Assembly (NCBI GenBank): GCA_963739305.1
Contig: CAVTZU010000002.1
Span: 1 to 19,091, forward strand
Length of the DNA: 19,091 nt
From: Candidatus Bathyarchaeota archaeon
GTDB taxonomy: Archaea; Thermoproteota; Bathyarchaeia; Bathyarchaeales; Bathycorpusculaceae
Reading direction: 5' to 3'
In this document: positions 14,133-19,091 of the stretch, one piece after another
Numbering within the stretch: position 1 is the first letter of the stretch
How the letters are laid out: each line of letters opens with the position of its first letter
Translations under genes and position numbers: made by a program
The notes under the pieces: generated by a model
The model's database searches: none
What the model was told of the DNA's origin: nothing
What the model saw: the letters and a program-made list of their open reading frames with translations, nothing else

Positions 14133-15437
14133 ATGGTTATCAGAATGAAGAAAAAAATCTTGACTGTGATCACGCTCGGACTGTTGCTCACTAGCTTGGC
14201 AAGCGCCGGCTTTGTTTGGCGCACACCTCCCGCAATGGGGGCTAGTTCTTCAGATGATGAGACAGTGAACACGGGCGCTGAGTATTCCAATGCAACCATA
14301 GGATCGCCCATAGAAGGGTTGGCGATATGGTACGTTTGGATAAACACTAACTCCACTCAAGTGATCTATCTGGCCTACGTCTCTTCGACGGTTCCGCCCC
14401 CGGTTCTCACGTTCTTCGGTCAGCATTACGTGACTGGAAACGGCACAGAAGTGTTCGTGGGCAACACGTTGACTGCGATGGAAGTTTACAACGACACTAA
14501 TCGAAACGGAATACCAGATGTAGATCTGAGCAATGGGACAAGTGAATTGTTGTATAATTTCGCTGTCAACAGTTCACAAAGCTTCGTGATAACACCTGTT
14601 CAGAAAACTCTGATAGACGGAGATATTCATTACACTTGGGGCTTGCGATACAATACTATAGATGGTTTCCTGCTCACTGAGAACCAGGCTACAGGCGCGA
14701 ATGTCCTTCTTGACTATCTAGCTTCGTCATATGATTTTTACGTCAAAAACAATGCTTCCTATTTGAAGACAAGCTTCGAAATCGGCAAGATATTGAACGT
14801 CACATCCTCCTCAGACCTCAACTTTACGCTGGAAGGGTTGAGTCTCTCTTTGCTGTACGGAACAAGCGTCATTGCTTCAAACACTTACACGACGGTTGTC
14901 AACGGGGAACCCTACAACTCCACGACAACGCAAAGCTCGGCGATACCTACGCAATCAGGTGAAATCAGGATTGAAGACGCCAAGGCTTACGAGTGTGTGT
15001 TTGGGCAAAACTACACGCTCTCGAGAGATTCAGAGAACGCGACTTATCCGTCCAAGTCTGCCGCTGTTTCTGACCATAGCGTGCCTGGAGGCGTGTACAG
15101 ATCCGTTGAAAGTGCACTCTCATTCTTTGAGAATGTGCTGTCGGGTGTGTTTCCGAAAATAAGCAGTGTACTGACAACCATCAACCTTGACTACGGTTTT
15201 TCATCTTTTCTTTACAGAGTGTGCTATCCACGATGGGACGGCTACGCACTTGAACACGATCCAACCTACATAGCCTATGTGACTCTGGTAGCTATACCTG
15301 AAATAGGCCCGCCTGTGATGCTGGTCATCGGAGCATCTATTGTGGGCTCAGCCGTTTTGATAGTGGCGCTGCTTGACACGAGGAAAAATCGAAGAATGCT
15401 GCCTAACAAATCGGGCGTACAAGTACCCTCATCTTGA
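14133..15437 (+). CDS. Secreted cell-surface protein with C-terminal membrane anchor
   Basis: MKKKIL signal peptide, S/T/N-rich with many N-x-S/T sequons, a YNDTNRNGIPD Ca-loop-like motif, C-terminal TM followed by RKNRR. Confidence 0.8.
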   Translation: MVIRMKKKILTVITLGLLLTSLASAGFVWRTPPAMGASSSDDETVNTGAEYSNATIGSPIEGLAIWYVWINTNSTQVIYLAYVSSTVPPPVLTFFGQHYVTGNGTEVFVGNTLTAMEVYNDTNRNGIPDVDLSNGTSELLYNFAVNSSQSFVITPVQKTLIDGDIHYTWGLRYNTIDGFLLTENQATGANVLLDYLASSYDFYVKNNASYLKTSFEIGKILNVTSSSDLNFTLEGLSLSLLYGTSVIASNTYTTVVNGEPYNSTTTQSSAIPTQSGEIRIEDAKAYECVFGQNYTLSRDSENATYPSKSAAVSDHSVPGGVYRSVESALSFFENVLSGVFPKISSVLTTINLDYGFSSFLYRVCYPRWDGYALEHDPTYIAYVTLVAIPEIGPPVMLVIGASIVGSAVLIVALLDTRKNRRMLPNKSGVQVPSS

Positions 15438-15444
15438 GCTTCCA

Positions 15445-15459
15445 TCTTTTTCTATTTTT
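15445..15459 (+). terminator. Putative archaeal oligo-T terminator
   Basis: TCTTTTTCTATTTTT just after the stop at 15437. Confidence 0.45.
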
Positions 15460-15552
15460 CAGCCACACACTCGACGTTTGAGAACGCATTAATATGATAG
15501 TGAGTGCGCGCGCTGAGAAGGTTCTTGTTTTCTTGCAGGTGGACTGTTCATC

Positions 15553-15564
15553 AAGTTTTTATAT
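15553..15564 (+). promoter_or_regulatory. Putative BRE/TATA box for the MFS gene
   Basis: AAGTTTTTATAT about 36 bp upstream of GTG 15600. Confidence 0.45.
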
Positions 15565-15599
15565 GCTTTCTTGTACCGTAGGCTAAGAGGTCTATTTCA

Positions 15600-16866
15600 G
15601 TGGCTGGTTCCAGTGGGTCAAATAAGATTCTGAAGAATTGGCGAGGAAGATTCTATCTTCCAGGCAACACGTGGGTGCTTGCTCTGAGCGCCACTGTCTG
15701 GAATATCGGAGGCGCGATGATCAACCCGTACCAGTCTGTTTATTTTACGGGCTTAGGAGCAGATTCGGTGTTCATCGGCTTTCTCTTAGGCGTCAACTCG
15801 GCTGTCACAGCCTTGATGCAGTTGGTAGGCGGATATGTTGCGGATGCTTGGGGTAGAAGAAAAGTCATCGTTATCTTCAGTTTTTTGAGCGCTGGAACAG
15901 CGTTTATATTCATTTTTGTTTCGGGGCCGGCTCTTTTGATGATTCCTATAGTGATTGGGGCGATTTCAGGCATTTATGGTCCTGCGTTCAATGCGACTTT
16001 GACTGATTCGATGGAGCCGGAGCTGAGGGCGCGAGGGGTGGTTTCCTTCACACTTGTTTCTTCACTGCCCTCGATTTTCTTTCCGTACGTTGGAGGAACG
16101 CTGATGCAGACGCTTGGAACGCTCGAAGGGCTTGCGCGTAGCCTTTTTCTTCAGTGGACTCTTGGGCGTCATCGGAGTATCGTATAGGGCTCTGAGGCTC
16201 AAAGAGACCTACGTGGGGGTTATGGTGAAGGAGAAAAAGCGAGTTCGACGTCTTGTTTCAGACTTTTTCGCGGACAATTTGTTTGTTCTGCGGAACGCCA
16301 CGGACGGGGCGAAGAAGCTTCTAATCTACGCCGTTTTGGCAAGTGCTGGAACGGCCATGACCGTGCCTTACACGTCGATCTATTTGGTTAACATCGTAAA
16401 TCTGCCCCCGGAATTCTATGGTCTTCTGACGAATGTTGCTGGATTGATCAGCGTCTTGCTCTTGCTGCCTGCTGCGAGAATAATTGAAAGAGTGGGGTTG
16501 AGGAAGAGTGCGGTTTACGCTTCAGTTTCAGTTCCTGTGAATCAGCTTATATTCGTGAGGGCTAGAGGAACGGACGACTTTGTAACGTGGACTGCGATAG
16601 GCGGCGCGAGCGGTGCTTTGTTAGGTCCATCGTTGACGGCGCTTCAGGCGAATCTTTCGCCGCAGGAGATGCGTGGGAGAATAATGGCTATGTTCAGTGT
16701 GTTCTCGCTGATCACGGCTGTTCCGGCGCAGATAGTGGGAGGTTACTTGTTTCAGACTCTGGGTCCGCTGTCTCCGTTCATCGCCTCGACACCGATCTTT
16801 GTGTTGGCGACGTTGATACTCATTCGAATAAAGGAGCCAGGTCCGCGGTCAATCGAAAAATCATGA
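15600..16866 (+). pseudogene. MFS transporter with a single +1 frameshift at about 16128-16130 (pseudogene or sequencing error)
   Basis: Motif A GGYVADAWGRRK in the first half; ARIIERVGLRK and RGRIMA in the second. Deleting one G from GAAGGGC joins LGTLE to GLRVAFFFSG, giving a 421-aa protein. Confidence 0.85.
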
Positions 16867-17020
16867 AAACTCATTATGCGCGCAATAGGAGGAACAGCGT
16901 GAAATCCCCATGCTTTTGTAACAATTTTGCTGCAGCAATGAGTAACAACTTCAGTTTTTCTGAAGTTCTCAAAAAGAAAATTAACGCGAAGGCTTTTTTT
17001 GGGGGTGTTGTGACACTCGG

Positions 17021-17302
17021 TTAATCTCTGTGTTCGTGGGATTCCTCTTCAGATTTTTCTTCGGTCTCTTCTTCGTCCTCAGTAGCTTCTTCTCCTACGG
17101 CTCTTGCTTCTTCTTCAGCGTCTCCTTCTGCAGGATAAGTGTCATCTAACCAAATCCTGAACTGTTCTTTGCTCTCAGGATCGGAAAAGGCCCACTCACA
17201 CAGTTGACTGACGACGGCGTTGAGATCGATCTCATGATCTTTGGCCAAATTCTTCAGAAACTGTTCCCACTTTGCAGGTAAAGATACCGGAGGCCCAACC
17301 AT
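17021..17302 (-). CDS. Hypothetical protein, RHH-like N-terminus with very acidic tail
   Basis: 93-aa ATG ORF with GGTGA RBS. PVSLPAKWEQFLKNLA...LNAVVSQLC fits a strand-helix-helix pattern (inference). Confidence 0.65.
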   Translation of the reverse strand: MVGPPVSLPAKWEQFLKNLAKDHEIDLNAVVSQLCEWAFSDPESKEQFRIWLDDTYPAEGDAEEEARAVGEEATEDEEETEEKSEEESHEHRD

Positions 17303-17401
17303 CTTACTTTTTCACCGTCATCCTTTATCATTCAAGCCATATTTAAGCTTCAGGCATACTTTTCGCCCGAAACGGGCCTGCAATTAAGCATGCGATTCAA
17401 G

Positions 17402-18034
17402 CTAGCGAGCGTTTTCGCAGATTGAACCAGGCATTGACCTTGACCATGCGTTCGGATTTTTGTACTTGACTGCTGGCGCTATATCTTCTGTCTGTTTTTC
17501 TTCTCCGACAAGGATTTTTTTCATTTTTGACAAGAGTTCTCTGTGAGTCTCCTCATCTCTGATGATGGTTTCGAGAATGTCCTTTAGGTCTTGTAAGTCC
17601 ACATTGTAGATCTCGCGGATTTCTCTTGTCATGTATTCAAGGGTCTTCAGCTGAGTCAGAATATAGTACTCTTCGGCAACAGTGCTCTCTAGGAGCATCA
17701 GCTTTTCAATCAACGATGACATGTGCTCTTTGGGTATTCTCTCTTTTGTGGCGATCTCTCCTGCAAGACGCTCAATTGTCGTCCAGGTTGCGCCGAAAAA
17801 GAGTTTCTTTTCGCGGCCTCTGGGTTGCTTTTTTTGCTTAACTATGCTTTCGCTTATTCCTTTGAGGAGTATGGAATGTTTGCGACTGTCGAATGCGATG
17901 TGAAGCAGGAGAGAATTGATTAGCGGGAGATTCACTTTGTCGGCTAGACTCTTGTAGAGTAGATATGCCCTTTCTTCCAGAATGCTAGCGCAGCGCAGAA
18001 AGTCTACAACGCTTTCCTGCTTGAGCTTTGTCAT
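17402..18034 (-). CDS. Ferritin-like / rubrerythrin-family protein
   Basis: Duplicated E...(D/E)xxH helical pattern: LEERAYLLY..DSRKH and LESTVAEEY..DEETH. GGAG upstream. Confidence 0.78.
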   Translation of the reverse strand: MTKLKQESVVDFLRCASILEERAYLLYKSLADKVNLPLINSLLLHIAFDSRKHSILLKGISESIVKQKKQPRGREKKLFFGATWTTIERLAGEIATKERIPKEHMSSLIEKLMLLESTVAEEYYILTQLKTLEYMTREIREIYNVDLQDLKDILETIIRDEETHRELLSKMKKILVGEEKQTEDIAPAVKYKNPNAWSRSMPGSICENAR

Positions 18035-18127
18035 CCATAGGCTCCCTTCTGACTAAGATGATAGTAAGATGATAAACAATTTATGAATCCGAAATATAGA
18101 CGCAGACTGAAGAAAAGAGACTGGATT

Positions 18128-18280
18128 TTATCTTTGTTCTTTTAACAACAACAGTCTCTTCGCGGTCTCTTTGGAGATTTTTTCAAGACCCTCGGCTAAT
18201 TCTGCACGGGTAACTTCGTCTATTGGATACACTTTCCCATTCTTATCGATAAATGCGAGTTCCAACTTCCTTTTTTCCAC
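18128..18280 (-). CDS. Small 50-aa protein (absent from the ORF track)
   Basis: GTG start with GGAGGTGA Shine-Dalgarno at 18285-18292. Translation MEKRKLELAFIDKNGKVYPIDEVTRAELAEGLEKISKETAKRLLLLKEQR*. Confidence 0.7.
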   Translation of the reverse strand: MEKRKLELAFIDKNGKVYPIDEVTRAELAEGLEKISKETAKRLLLLKEQR

Positions 18281-18370
18281 CTTTTCACCTCCCTTCAAAC
18301 TCTATCATCTGCCATTGCGCCTGCCAACTTAAGAATGACAGGTTTCAGTCTGCTACATGCATCTGGTTTT

Positions 18371-18595
18371 TCAGTAGTTGCCGCGAGCGCGGGCAAATTT
18401 GTATTTTCTGTCTGACTCCTCCGTCACTCGATCGCGATCGATCGATGCTTGCTTGATATAGTTGTGTTCGCTCAGGTAGGCTATGACTATCGACCGGACT
18501 ATCTCGGCGTCTTCTGTTCCGAGACCTTTGAGCGACCTGATTATTTCTATTTGATCTCTGTCAAAAGTCACTGGTATTCGCTGAACCTCTGTCAT
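18371..18595 (-). CDS. CopG/ribbon-helix-helix DNA-binding protein
   Basis: QRIPVTFDRDQIEIIRSLKGLGTEDAEIVRSIVIAYLSE fits strand-helix-helix. ATG at 18595 or 18601. Confidence 0.72.
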   Translation of the reverse strand: MTEVQRIPVTFDRDQIEIIRSLKGLGTEDAEIVRSIVIAYLSEHNYIKQASIDRDRVTEESDRKYKFARARGNY

Positions 18596-18693
18596 GTTCA
18601 TCACAGGTCTATGTCCAAAATAGAAATATTTAAGACTATTTGGCGCGTGCGAAGAGAAAGCGTGCAATAGGACACGAACTCGTTTTTATTAGC

Positions 18694-19091
18694 ATGAATC
18701 TGCAAATGTATGTTCAAGTGATCTCAAGGATGAGGCGAGTTTCCAACCGTTTCAGTGAAGAAAAAACCACTGGCTATTATCTGGAAACCTTGTTGCTGGG
18801 ATTGAGGCTATATCGTGGACTATTCGCGAACTCCCTTGGAGTGAGGGCTCCGCTGTTTTGTGGGCACAAGCTAACATACAATTGCAATCTCCGATGCAAG
18901 ATGTGCCCCTTCTGGAAAAGATCCAGCGCTGATCCGAGTCTGGAGAAGGAAAAAGCAATTCTGAAGGAGATTTATGATTCAGGAGCTTGCGGAATCGCGT
19001 TTGAAGGAGGAGAGCCGCTCCTGAGAAGTGACTTGGTCAACATTCTTGCTTTTTCCAGGTCTCTTCCTTTGCATACAAGCCTTGTCACTAA
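18694..19091 (+). CDS. Radical SAM protein (partial; resembles archaeal PTO1314 family)
   Basis: Not in the ORF track. Frame 1 gives GHKLTYNCNLRCKMCPFW (CxxxCxxC) and FEGGEPLLRSD, and runs off the right edge. Start uncertain. Confidence 0.9.
   Translation, partial: MNLQMYVQVISRMRRVSNRFSEEKTTGYYLETLLLGLRLYRGLFANSLGVRAPLFCGHKLTYNCNLRCKMCPFWKRSSADPSLEKEKAILKEIYDSGACGIAFEGGEPLLRSDLVNILAFSRSLPLHTSLVT

Noticed and set aside
16587-17024. 145-aa plus-strand ORF overlapping the MFS 3' end
   Set aside because: Alternative frame of the MFS gene running into intergenic DNA, with no protein-like features.

Overview
Archaeal chromosomal fragment. Gene content and style suggest Bathyarchaeia/TACK, which is an inference. 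Bases 1-5.8 kb are housekeeping: partial kae1, a TFE-beta/RPC34-like factor, rlmE, a DUF4152-like gene, a SpoIIM-like membrane protein, nadC, a GT28/MurG-like glycosyltransferase and a PRC-barrel protein. At 5.9-9.9 kb two convergent secreted proteins each end in a dockerin: a cohesin-cohesin-dockerin protein and a family-5 ABC solute-binding protein. At 10-13.5 kb is an array of small unrelated genes. Six copies of a conserved imperfect palindrome (GGGRTAA-N4-TTAYCCC, four with an identical GTAAAGTTTTATCC core) separate them, with exactly one ORF between each pair of copies. This cassette-like array is the most unusual feature. The right end holds a membrane-anchored HTH regulator, a large secreted protein, a frameshifted MFS transporter, a ferritin-like protein, a 50-aa ORF missed by the track, an RHH protein and a partial radical SAM gene. 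(GC)n-containing hairpins recur in the intergenic spacers. No integrase, transposase, tRNA, rRNA or CRISPR array was seen.
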